From the NCBI GenBank assembly GCA_035545575.1, contig DASZYB010000045.1:6030-70029 (forward strand): a DNA stretch of 64,000 nucleotides, in the 5' to 3' direction. Both the position numbers and the translations under genes were made by a program. A model generated the notes under the pieces. The model was not told the DNA's origin and searched no databases. It worked only from the letters and a program-made list of their open reading frames with translations. Positions 27,570 through 35,348 of the stretch are shown in pieces (the stretch's first letter is position 1; the number at the start of each line of letters is the position of its first letter). The stretch comes from Opitutaceae bacterium. GTDB lineage: Bacteria; Verrucomicrobiota; Verrucomicrobiia; Opitutales; Opitutaceae.

Positions 27570-28781
27570 TCAGGTAGAAGCCGGTGCCGCACTTGAAAAG
27601 TGACGCGCGATTACCCGAAGGCGCCGCAGCAGGTCGTCGTAGGTCATGATGTCGACGACGTGTCGGTATTTCCGACGGATCACTTCGAAGTCCGCTTTTT
27701 GGTCGGCCGTGAGCGCTTCATCTCGGCCCAAGATGATCAGGCCGGAAGGATTCACGATCTTGATGGTGAGCCCGGCAGGCAACTTATCACCGTAGCGCTC
27801 ATTCAGCTTTTTCTCTCCTTCGACGCCCCACCGGTTAAGGTGGTAGAGATATTTTTCAAGCTGCATGACGGTTCCGTTTAGTTCGCGCATCGGCACATGA
27901 TTATCCCGATACCGCGTGCTGGTCACAACACACTCGGCGAAGGGCTTCTTGATCTCGGCGGCATCGACGTAACCGGACGCATCTACAAGTAGAAAATCGA
28001 TTTCGCGATTCTTGCCTGCAAGGCTGTCGCGGACCGGCGCTCCGGTGAAGGCCGCGACATATTTGGGATAGAGCAACTGAATGACCTGCAGAATCTCCGC
28101 CTGCCACTGTGCCTCCGAGTAGGTTTCCGCGCGTTTGAGCATCGCCTCGAGCTTTGCGACCAGTTCAGAGAATTTGTCGGTCTCGTAGGGCGCGAAGGTC
28201 TGCGCTGGCTGCGATCCCTTGGCCGAGCGCTTCCGATTTCGAAATTTCGTATACTCGGCCTCAAAGTCACGATCGAGAGGAACGTAGCTGCGGATCATGC
28301 TGCTGACCCTTGCGCGAGCATACTTTTTCAACTCTGTGGTCGTCGGGAACTGTCGCAGGAGATCCTCAAAAACCTTTTTGGGCAAAGCATCCGGGTGATC
28401 ACCGCCAATGTAGAAGCTACTAAAACCATGTTTCTGGAAGCCCCGAAAAATGGGGATGTTGGTTTCAGCGACGAACGTGGTGCGTTTGAATTCCAGCGAC
28501 TCATGCAAGAAGAGGTCGTAATCGACGTCCAACACGCGCCGATCCATCCGGTAGTAGCCGCCCTCTACTTTTTCCCCGACGACGAACTGATACATCGCAT
28601 CCATGGGGCCTTCCGTGTTCGGGGCTTCGCGCAGATAGATTTCCTTTCGCACGAAAAACGTCCGACTGGAGAGTGCAACCGGCTCACCCGATTCAATTGG
28701 TTCGAGCAGCCAGTCCGGTTCGGCATTCTCTGGGTGATAGCGAAGAATAAGCGCCTTATCTTGGGGGTCGAAGTCGATCAT
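27570..28781 (-). CDS. sduA: Shedu-like defence protein (SduA, DUF4263 nuclease domain)
   Basis: NREIDFLLVDASGYVDAAEIKKPF...MQLEKYLYHL...LIILGRDEALTADQKADFEVIRRKYRHVVDIMTYDDLLRRL matches the DUF4263 C-terminal pattern: the D..E.K core, then viiGr, then a trailing TYDdLl. Confidence 0.7.
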   Translation of the reverse strand: MIDFDPQDKALILRYHPENAEPDWLLEPIESGEPVALSSRTFFVRKEIYLREAPNTEGPMDAMYQFVVGEKVEGGYYRMDRRVLDVDYDLFLHESLEFKRTTFVAETNIPIFRGFQKHGFSSFYIGGDHPDALPKKVFEDLLRQFPTTTELKKYARARVSSMIRSYVPLDRDFEAEYTKFRNRKRSAKGSQPAQTFAPYETDKFSELVAKLEAMLKRAETYSEAQWQAEILQVIQLLYPKYVAAFTGAPVRDSLAGKNREIDFLLVDASGYVDAAEIKKPFAECVVTSTRYRDNHVPMRELNGTVMQLEKYLYHLNRWGVEGEKKLNERYGDKLPAGLTIKIVNPSGLIILGRDEALTADQKADFEVIRRKYRHVVDIMTYDDLLRRLRVIARHFSSAAPAST

Positions 28782-29077
28782 GAGCTACGTGACCGCGAGT
28801 TTTGCACGGCCATCGTGCGACGTCGAGGAACACTGGCTTTCCGTATAAGAACCTTGGTATTCCCTACCGCAGCCTTTCGGACAAATTCGCCGTTGCGCTG
28901 TTGCGTCTCCGCGCCTCGCCAAACTTTGTGGCGGGTGCAAGCGTTCGAACGTTCCGTTGTGGAAGCCGGCTCAAACTTCCTCCGACGAGGACGCGACTTC
29001 CCCTTTCGGGCAAAGCAGAGTCGTGCGGAGGCCCGAGCGGCGGGCGCCGAAGCGCCCGCCGCTGAGGAACTGCCCTG

Positions 29078-29452
29078 CTACGGTCGAATACCGTTTCCGT
29101 TGCGGCGCACGGTTTGGTTCATCGCTTCCGTTTTGGCGGCGTTGATGAATGCGCGTTCACGGTTTTGCGGCGGCACGTTCTTGATGCGCGCTTCGATCCG
29201 CTCCTTGACGTCGGGGTGCTCCTCGACCCAGGCGCGAATCTCCGCGTTGCGTCCGTTGGTGTATTCGTTCCGTTGCATCTTCCCGAGCATCAGCTTTCGG
29301 ATCAGCTCTTCTTTCGAGAGCTTCTCGTAATACTCGCGAAGGTCCGGATTCTCCCCGATGAACCGATCCAGCTTGGCATCGATTTCCGGGTTCCTCCGAA
29401 GCGTGGCTTCCTGCGCCTTTTTTTCGGCGACTGCTTGTTTCAGTGACGGCAT
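29078..29452 (-). CDS. Hypothetical protein (124 aa), distal gene of the T4SS operon
   Basis: Charged helical sequence, co-oriented with the trb genes. Confidence 0.45.
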   Translation of the reverse strand: MPSLKQAVAEKKAQEATLRRNPEIDAKLDRFIGENPDLREYYEKLSKEELIRKLMLGKMQRNEYTNGRNAEIRAWVEEHPDVKERIEARIKNVPPQNRERAFINAAKTEAMNQTVRRNGNGIRP

Positions 29453-29539
29453 GCTGCCTCCATTTTTCCCCAGCCATTGTCTGCGAGGCGGCTGGTCGCC
29501 AGTGGCATTTGACCTCGTTCGGACGAGTGGCGTCCAAAG

Positions 29540-29842
29540 TTAAGCGTCGTCTCCATCCGACTCATCGGCGCGATCGAAGGCGAAGACACTGTCGTTGACC
29601 TGCAGTACGGCGGATTCGAACTCCTTCCGAACGACGGCCGCCGTCGCGCATGCCAGCCAAAGGCGCACCAACACCGCCACGCCCGGTGCCGAGCCATACG
29701 CCTCGGCCAACTGCTTATCGGCACGTTCGAACGCCGCGAGCAGCCGCGGCGGCAACACCATCTCCAGCCCACCGGGTTCCGCCTCCGCGGCGGTTTGTTC
29801 AGTTACGGTGCTCACTTTTATCCTCGGTTGCGGCGAGTGCAC
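29540..29842 (-). CDS. Hypothetical small acidic protein (start uncertain)
   Basis: ORF co-oriented with the trb genes. Alternative starts are at 29812 (GTG) or 29761 (ATG). Confidence 0.35.
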   Translation of the reverse strand: MHSPQPRIKVSTVTEQTAAEAEPGGLEMVLPPRLLAAFERADKQLAEAYGSAPGVAVLVRLWLACATAAVVRKEFESAVLQVNDSVFAFDRADESDGDDA

Positions 29843-30344
29843 CGTGCTGGCGCATGTCCGCCATTTCCTTGTTCAGCCGGGCCAATTCCTTCGAGAGCGA
29901 CTCGTTCTGCTCAATCAGAGAGGCCATGAGCTGGTTCTGTTCAGCCATCTTCTGTTCGAGTTCGGCTGGCAGCGGGTTTGGCTGCTTGGCGGCGTCAGCA
30001 ACTGCGAGCGCCGGTCCCAACGGTACCACGGTGGGAGCGTTCGGATTGAGATTCCACGTACCCGCGCTCTCCCGCCGGTACACAACATGCCCCTCATGCA
30101 TCACGTTTGGATCGTTCGGGTCTACGTACCGGTTGATGGGGTACGCCTTCAGCCCGTCGCTGTACCGCACGTTTTCGGAGTTCTTCTGATCCATCTGCGT
30201 ACCAGCGATGGGCGCTGGTGCAGTGGCAGGAGCCGATTTCACGATCGCGTCCGAGGTCGGTTTTGCGTCAGCCGTTTTCTCCGTCGTCGCGCACCCGCCA
30301 CATGCGAGGGCGACAACGCCAATGAGCCATGTGCTATTTTTCAT
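29799..30344 (-). CDS. T4SS-associated lipoprotein with C-terminal coiled coil
   Basis: ATG at 30344. MKNSTWLIGVVALACGGCAT is a lipobox. The gene overlaps the end of trbI by 11 nt. Confidence 0.55.
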   Translation of the reverse strand: MKNSTWLIGVVALACGGCATTEKTADAKPTSDAIVKSAPATAPAPIAGTQMDQKNSENVRYSDGLKAYPINRYVDPNDPNVMHEGHVVYRRESAGTWNLNPNAPTVVPLGPALAVADAAKQPNPLPAELEQKMAEQNQLMASLIEQNESLSKELARLNKEMADMRQHGALAATEDKSEHRN

Positions 30345-31380
30345 TCTGACTCCTCCAAACTTGCTCGTTCTTAGTGTTTCCACGGCTGCCGTTCGCCTGG
30401 TCGATCGTCTCCGTGACGTAGAGGTAGAATTGATGTCCAGCCGGGACCCGGACGTAGAAGCCGTCGCGGGCAATGGCTTCCTGGATCTGATGCGCGTACG
30501 CGTTTAGCACGTCCGCAGTTCCCTGAAGCGCAGCGTTGCGGCCGGAGATTTTCGGCACCTGTACGACATCGCCAAACGCAGTCCCGGTGTTCTGGAGTTG
30601 TTGGAGTCCGCTCGCGACGCCGGCCAGGAACGTTGATGCGAACATTTTCACCTCCTGGTAGTCGTCGGACTTGATCAAATCGCCAATCAGGCCGGCCGAG
30701 CCATCTCGGAGGCCGAATTCGCCGGTCGTATCGTCCTTCTCCCGATCCAGCGCGATGCCGTTGAGCACGAGCTCGGTCCCATTCAGGGGCGAACTGTCGC
30801 GCCACACTACGACCCACTTGCCCGAGGCTGCGATCCGCTCCCGGGAACGATCGAGTGACGCGCGGCCATGCACCTCCGCGCCAGCGGGAATGATCAGTTC
30901 GCCGTTGTGCCAGACATCCTCGGTCACCAACCCGATCACCGGGGTGTCGAGTTTGGAAGACTCGAGCGTCATCACGGTTTCGCAAGGGATGAGCCGTCCG
31001 TACGGCGCATACGTCTTCGATAGCTGTGGCGCCGGGTCGGCGGCGCCGGACACAAGACTGATCGGGAGCGCGCGCGGTTTGGGCGGAGGCTGACGTCGGA
31101 AGAAGCCGCGATCGGTCGGAGCATCGTCCTCGCGCGGCGTTGGCTTTTCGTCTCGCCCGTTCTTGACCAGCATGGCGGGCACAAACGGTAGGCTTGGGCG
31201 CGTCATCATTTCTACCGAAGCGCTGGCCGGCACCGTATCGACTTTCGTCATCTGTGCCGCATGCGCGCGCTCGCGCGCATTGCTGCGGAGCATCGTCACA
31301 CCGCCGAAGAGGACGAAGGCGGCAAACACCACGATGTTGCCCGTTGGCGACCGGAGAAATGGCAGAATGCGGAAGTTCAT
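30334..31380 (-). CDS. trbI: Conjugal transfer protein TrbI/VirB10 family
   Basis: N-terminal TM helix, then a Pro-rich linker. The C-terminal barrel reads TPVIGLVTEDVWHNGELIIPAGAEVHGRASLDRSRERIAASGKWVVVWRD...GSAGLIGDLI. Confidence 0.8.
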   Translation of the reverse strand: MNFRILPFLRSPTGNIVVFAAFVLFGGVTMLRSNARERAHAAQMTKVDTVPASASVEMMTRPSLPFVPAMLVKNGRDEKPTPREDDAPTDRGFFRRQPPPKPRALPISLVSGAADPAPQLSKTYAPYGRLIPCETVMTLESSKLDTPVIGLVTEDVWHNGELIIPAGAEVHGRASLDRSRERIAASGKWVVVWRDSSPLNGTELVLNGIALDREKDDTTGEFGLRDGSAGLIGDLIKSDDYQEVKMFASTFLAGVASGLQQLQNTGTAFGDVVQVPKISGRNAALQGTADVLNAYAHQIQEAIARDGFYVRVPAGHQFYLYVTETIDQANGSRGNTKNEQVWRSQNEK

Positions 31381-32249
31381 TGCGGAATCACCAGCTTCGC
31401 GTCGCGCTCCACCCGCGGCACAATAACGCTGAACGAGTTCTTCACACTGATGTTGGCCCGACCACCGCGTGGCGTCCCCGTGATTGCGAAGTATGCTGCC
31501 GTTATCGCTTTTGGTGGCACGATTCCGGATGCGTCCACAATGGAGGCGTAGTACACGTCCTCCCCTACGCGGACCGCCAACCGTTGCGGCTGATACACGA
31601 CCTCCTTGTCGCCGGTGCTCACGAGGCGCAGCCGGAAGACCAGCGTGTCTTCAGGGTCGAACCGAAACACCTCGTCCACGATCACTCGGAAATCACGATA
31701 GTAGCTGACGGTGCCAGGCGTGACGTGATCGATCTGCTGGACGGCCTCGGGATACTGCTTCTGCAGGAGATCGAAGCTCTTGGCTCGATCCAATAGGCCA
31801 ATCAACACTTCAGGTGTGACCCTCCGCTGGAAACTCGCGCTGCGGCCGGTGATTTCATCTTCGTAGAATGTCACCGAGCCGTACGGCTGGTCCGAAGCGG
31901 TGAAGCGAATCACGTAGGTCTTGTTCTTCCAGACCACGTTCACGCCCGCATGCGCATTTGGTTCCAGCGCGCGCACGCTGAAGAAATAGCGGCCCGGAGT
32001 GTACGCCAGGAGGACTGGCGCCGGCGTGTCAGGACTCGCCGACACGTTTGCGCCTTCCAGGCCCATGATCGCGGACGGAAACATCAACGTCGTCGGCACA
32101 TCCCGGCTGATCGGCACCTCGTACACTGTACGCTCATCCAGCGGGAATTGCTTGATAACCTGCGTGTCCAGCGGATGAACGTCCGCACGGACGCAAAGCG
32201 CGAACGCGAGCAGTCCCACGCTCAATGAATGGTGTAATCGTAGGTCCAT
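31377..32249 (-). CDS. trbG: Conjugal transfer protein TrbG/VirB9-like
   Basis: ATG at 32249 with signal peptide MDLRLHHSLSVGLLAFALCVRA. It is beta-rich and sits between the VirB8-like and VirB10-like genes. The longer N-terminal ORF extension is Arg-rich junk. Confidence 0.65.
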   Translation of the reverse strand: MDLRLHHSLSVGLLAFALCVRADVHPLDTQVIKQFPLDERTVYEVPISRDVPTTLMFPSAIMGLEGANVSASPDTPAPVLLAYTPGRYFFSVRALEPNAHAGVNVVWKNKTYVIRFTASDQPYGSVTFYEDEITGRSASFQRRVTPEVLIGLLDRAKSFDLLQKQYPEAVQQIDHVTPGTVSYYRDFRVIVDEVFRFDPEDTLVFRLRLVSTGDKEVVYQPQRLAVRVGEDVYYASIVDASGIVPPKAITAAYFAITGTPRGGRANISVKNSFSVIVPRVERDAKLVIPQ

Positions 32250-32914
32250 ACCGCGAGGGGGTATCGCTTGTTCGCCAGCATGTTTGGATTCCGAGCGAAC
32301 GTGAGGTTCAGTGTGAATTTCGGCGCTTCGGTGAACACCTGGTTCTCGAACACGCCCGTCCGGACGAGTTGCCCTTCCACTTTCACGAGCACGCGATCTT
32401 CCCGTGTGCGGAGCACATCCATTTTGAATACCTCCGGCTTCTGATGGATGTTCTTCAGCTCGAACTCGCTCTTCGTCACGTCGCGGTCGTGCTGCGCCTT
32501 CTGGTACGCGTCGGTGAGAAACAGCTTCTGCAGCACGTCTGGATAATCGAAGCCCTGCGGGTTCCGTTGAAAGAGCGCGAGCGTAGCCCACAGCGTCATC
32601 GCCTCGTGCAGTTCCTTTGCCTGCTCAAACCCGAGTACCGGTGAGATCGAGAAGGTCCCGGCGCCGTCGAGCACAACAACGCGTTCGCGTGAATTCGCCG
32701 CCTTGATGATGAAATACGGCTCCACGATGGAGAGCGCGACGGCGGCGCAAGCGATGAGACACCACGCACGGGCGGCGAATGCGTGGTCAGCAAACAACTT
32801 CGCCGGAGAGAATATCCGCACTTTGGCTGTCGGCGTAGGCCGGTTCCCGTTGCTGACTCTTGTCTGGCGCAAAGCCTCCGGCCTTTCGCCGAGTTCGGCG
32901 ACTGATGAAACCAT
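32222..32914 (-). CDS. trbF: Conjugal transfer protein TrbF/VirB8-like
   Basis: A single N-terminal TM helix (AWCLIACAAVALSIV) is followed by an NTF2-like domain. The position fits the Trb gene order. Confidence 0.65.
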   Translation of the reverse strand: MVSSVAELGERPEALRQTRVSNGNRPTPTAKVRIFSPAKLFADHAFAARAWCLIACAAVALSIVEPYFIIKAANSRERVVVLDGAGTFSISPVLGFEQAKELHEAMTLWATLALFQRNPQGFDYPDVLQKLFLTDAYQKAQHDRDVTKSEFELKNIHQKPEVFKMDVLRTREDRVLVKVEGQLVRTGVFENQVFTEAPKFTLNLTFARNPNMLANKRYPLAVWTYDYTIH

Positions 32915-32927
32915 CGTTAATCCTCCC

Positions 32928-33872
32928 TTAGATACCTGGACGTGCTTCGATTCCTAGTGGCGGTGGGGGCGGACGTGGCGGCGCAACCGACGCGCTCGCC
33001 TGTGGAGCGAGCGCCGTCCCGCCGCGTGGGAACACGCGATCACCGACGCCGTAGATCATGCTGGCACCGCTACGCACCCAATGGGCGACGTTAGCAGAGG
33101 CGCCGCTGAACGCGTGCCCCTGCGCAAAAAGCATCTGCATCACGACTGGCGTCGCGAGCATCCCCACCAAAATCATAACTGTGGCGAGAATGCCGCCGAT
33201 GAAAGACAGCAGCGGAGAATACATGGCGTCTCCGATCGTCGCCGGCGTGGGCCCAACCGCGTTTCGAAAATCCGTCCACACTGCGAGAGCCACCATGTTC
33301 GTCAGAGCGAACCCGACGGGCCACGCCAGTATGGCTAGAATCTGTTGGAAGAAACGTACCGTAATGCCGCCAAGGCCGGGAACCATCACACAGGCCAACA
33401 TGAACGGGGTGATGAGGTACAACAGCCACCGGAGTACGTACTGCAGAATATGCATCGGCACCGTGATGAGGGTACCGATGTAGATGAACACGTTCGCGAG
33501 CGCCCGGGACACAGCCTGGTAGATCGATTCATTCAGGTGGCGCCAGGACCAGCCGGTGCCTTGGGGGTTGTCCGTCGTAGATTCACGAATGGCCTGCGAT
33601 GCCGACGCAGGATTTTCCGTGTAGCCCGGGTCGACGAACTCAGAGATGTTCAGGAACACCTTCTCAACACGTGGAAACCACACGTTCTGGTAAGCGATCG
33701 CTGCGACGACGATCAGCGCCTTCACCAATACACCGAAAAGCTGAGATCCCTGCACTTGCCCCCGGGCCGCGTACGCGACGAGTCCCGCGACCATTATGGC
33801 AAATACGATGAAGCGAAATGCCGTAACGAGGGTCAGGATGTTGTTCTCGAGTGTTGGAAGGTAGATTTCCAT
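32928..33872 (-). CDS. trbL: Conjugal transfer protein TrbL/VirB6-like
   Basis: Polytopic membrane protein (about 6 TM) with a Pro-rich C-terminus (APPRPPPPPLGIE). Confidence 0.7.
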   Translation of the reverse strand: MEIYLPTLENNILTLVTAFRFIVFAIMVAGLVAYAARGQVQGSQLFGVLVKALIVVAAIAYQNVWFPRVEKVFLNISEFVDPGYTENPASASQAIRESTTDNPQGTGWSWRHLNESIYQAVSRALANVFIYIGTLITVPMHILQYVLRWLLYLITPFMLACVMVPGLGGITVRFFQQILAILAWPVGFALTNMVALAVWTDFRNAVGPTPATIGDAMYSPLLSFIGGILATVMILVGMLATPVVMQMLFAQGHAFSGASANVAHWVRSGASMIYGVGDRVFPRGGTALAPQASASVAPPRPPPPPLGIEARPGI

Positions 33873-33875
33873 GCG

Positions 33876-34148
33876 CTATGATTTCGGCACCGTCGGTGGC
33901 GTTTCGGTTTTCTTCTGGTCCGGCAAATTGAGGTCCAGCGACTGAGGCTTTCGTCCGATCTTCTTTTCGATATCTGAAACCGCCTTTTCAGCGGCTTGAT
34001 TCTCCCGCACCGCTTGTCTCTCCAATTCGATACGTTGCCGTTCTCGTTCCTTTGCCTGTTTGTCCGCCTGTGATTCACCGCAACCAGTGACGAGGGTTAC
34101 GATCGCGAGAGCCATTGAGATCGACGTGAGCTTAATCAGTGGGTGCAT
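33876..34148 (-). CDS. Small lipoprotein at the TrbK (entry-exclusion) position
   Basis: ISMALAIVTLVTGCG is a lipobox. The gene lies between trbJ and trbL, as trbK does in P-type systems. Confidence 0.5.
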   Translation of the reverse strand: MHPLIKLTSISMALAIVTLVTGCGESQADKQAKERERQRIELERQAVRENQAAEKAVSDIEKKIGRKPQSLDLNLPDQKKTETPPTVPKS

Positions 34149-34926
34149 GGGTTTGCCGCACTTTCAGCGTCTTCATGTACGCCGAGATGCGCTGATTAGC
34201 TAAGTAGTCATTCCGTGCTTCTAGTTCCGCCTCAGCGCGTTGTTCCTCTTCCGAACGGCTGTCATTCGCTATTTTCTGGAGCATTACACCATCGACCTCG
34301 CGCCGCCGGGCTGCCTCAACATGGCCGAGCTGGCCATTCAACGCATTCAGTTTGGCCGACAGCTTTCTCACCTCGGCATCAGTATCGGCCGCTTTCAGGT
34401 CTTCGAGGGTGGCGGCAATCTCTCCCTGCAACACCTGCTCCCGTTGAGCAGTTTCCTGCGTGACCTGGTCGGTTAGATCCTGCTTGGCGTCGAGGACGGC
34501 GTACCGGCGGTAGATCATCGGATCGCGCGTCATTTCATTGCCGGCCAGATCGACGCTGCCGATTGCGCCGAACGTGCCGCTGGCCGTTCGCTTCAGGGAA
34601 TACAGGCTGTCGACTGTGCCGACGATTGCGCGCTGAGCGCGGCCAAATTCGCGAACAAGATCAGGCCCACCGAGTCCTTCCAAAACCAGATTCGTACCTG
34701 CCGTCTTCGGATCGCCGGCCCAACGTCGCATGTCCGATGCGATGTTGATCTGCTGATGCAGAGCCTCGATCTGCTGCTGCAGGTGATTGATGCTATCGAC
34801 CCACTTCGCGAGGTTCTCCGCCTGGATGATCCGGTTGTTGGCGATACTCGCCGCGTCTGTGACCGGGATTTGAGCCCGTGCGACAGCCGCAAAGGCCAGA
34901 GCCATGATCAAGGTAATATGTTTCAT
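34132..34926 (-). CDS. trbJ: Conjugal transfer protein TrbJ/VirB5-like
   Basis: A signal peptide is followed by QIPVTDAASIANNRIIQAENLAKWVDSINHLQQQIEALHQQI, the typical TrbJ N-terminus. Confidence 0.75.
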   Translation of the reverse strand: MKHITLIMALAFAAVARAQIPVTDAASIANNRIIQAENLAKWVDSINHLQQQIEALHQQINIASDMRRWAGDPKTAGTNLVLEGLGGPDLVREFGRAQRAIVGTVDSLYSLKRTASGTFGAIGSVDLAGNEMTRDPMIYRRYAVLDAKQDLTDQVTQETAQREQVLQGEIAATLEDLKAADTDAEVRKLSAKLNALNGQLGHVEAARRREVDGVMLQKIANDSRSEEEQRAEAELEARNDYLANQRISAYMKTLKVRQTHAPTD

Positions 34927-35348
34927 GGCCCGACAGGCACAAACGCGACTGACTCTTTCCGGATTACGCCGTCCTGGGTCGTCTCCGGTATGACGACCGG
35001 CATCATAGTCGGACGCGCCTCGGTCTTCGCGGCCCGCTGCTGTTCCTGAATGATCCAGTATTGCTGTTTCACGGCTTGGTTCATCGCGCGGTCATAGCCG
35101 CGCTTCTCCGCGTCGTTTTCGGCATGCTGCACCCCGCGTTCGGCGACTTTTGTCGCCAGGTATCCGACGGCGGCACCCGCAGCCGCTCCGCCGATCTTGT
35201 GATCCGAAACCTCGTAGCCGATCACACCACCGGTGCCGGTGCCCGCGATCTCCGCCACCCCTCGACCCATTCCGGAGCAGCCGGCACAAAGTAGCACCGT
35301 CACTCCGGCCATGACTGGCATCACGTAATTAAACTGCGGCCTTTTCAT
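34923..35348 (-). CDS. Glycine-zipper lipoprotein
   Basis: ATG at 35348. MKRPQFNYVMPVMAGVTVLLCAGCSG is a lipobox. GTGTGGVIGY...GGAAAGAAVGY are Gly-zipper segments. Confidence 0.5.
   Translation of the reverse strand: MKRPQFNYVMPVMAGVTVLLCAGCSGMGRGVAEIAGTGTGGVIGYEVSDHKIGGAAAGAAVGYLATKVAERGVQHAENDAEKRGYDRAMNQAVKQQYWIIQEQQRAAKTEARPTMMPVVIPETTQDGVIRKESVAFVPVGP

Noticed and set aside
28395-29330. 311-aa plus-strand ORF overlapping the Shedu-like gene and the downstream intergenic region
   Set aside because: It is antisense to the DUF4263 gene and has no coherent domain.
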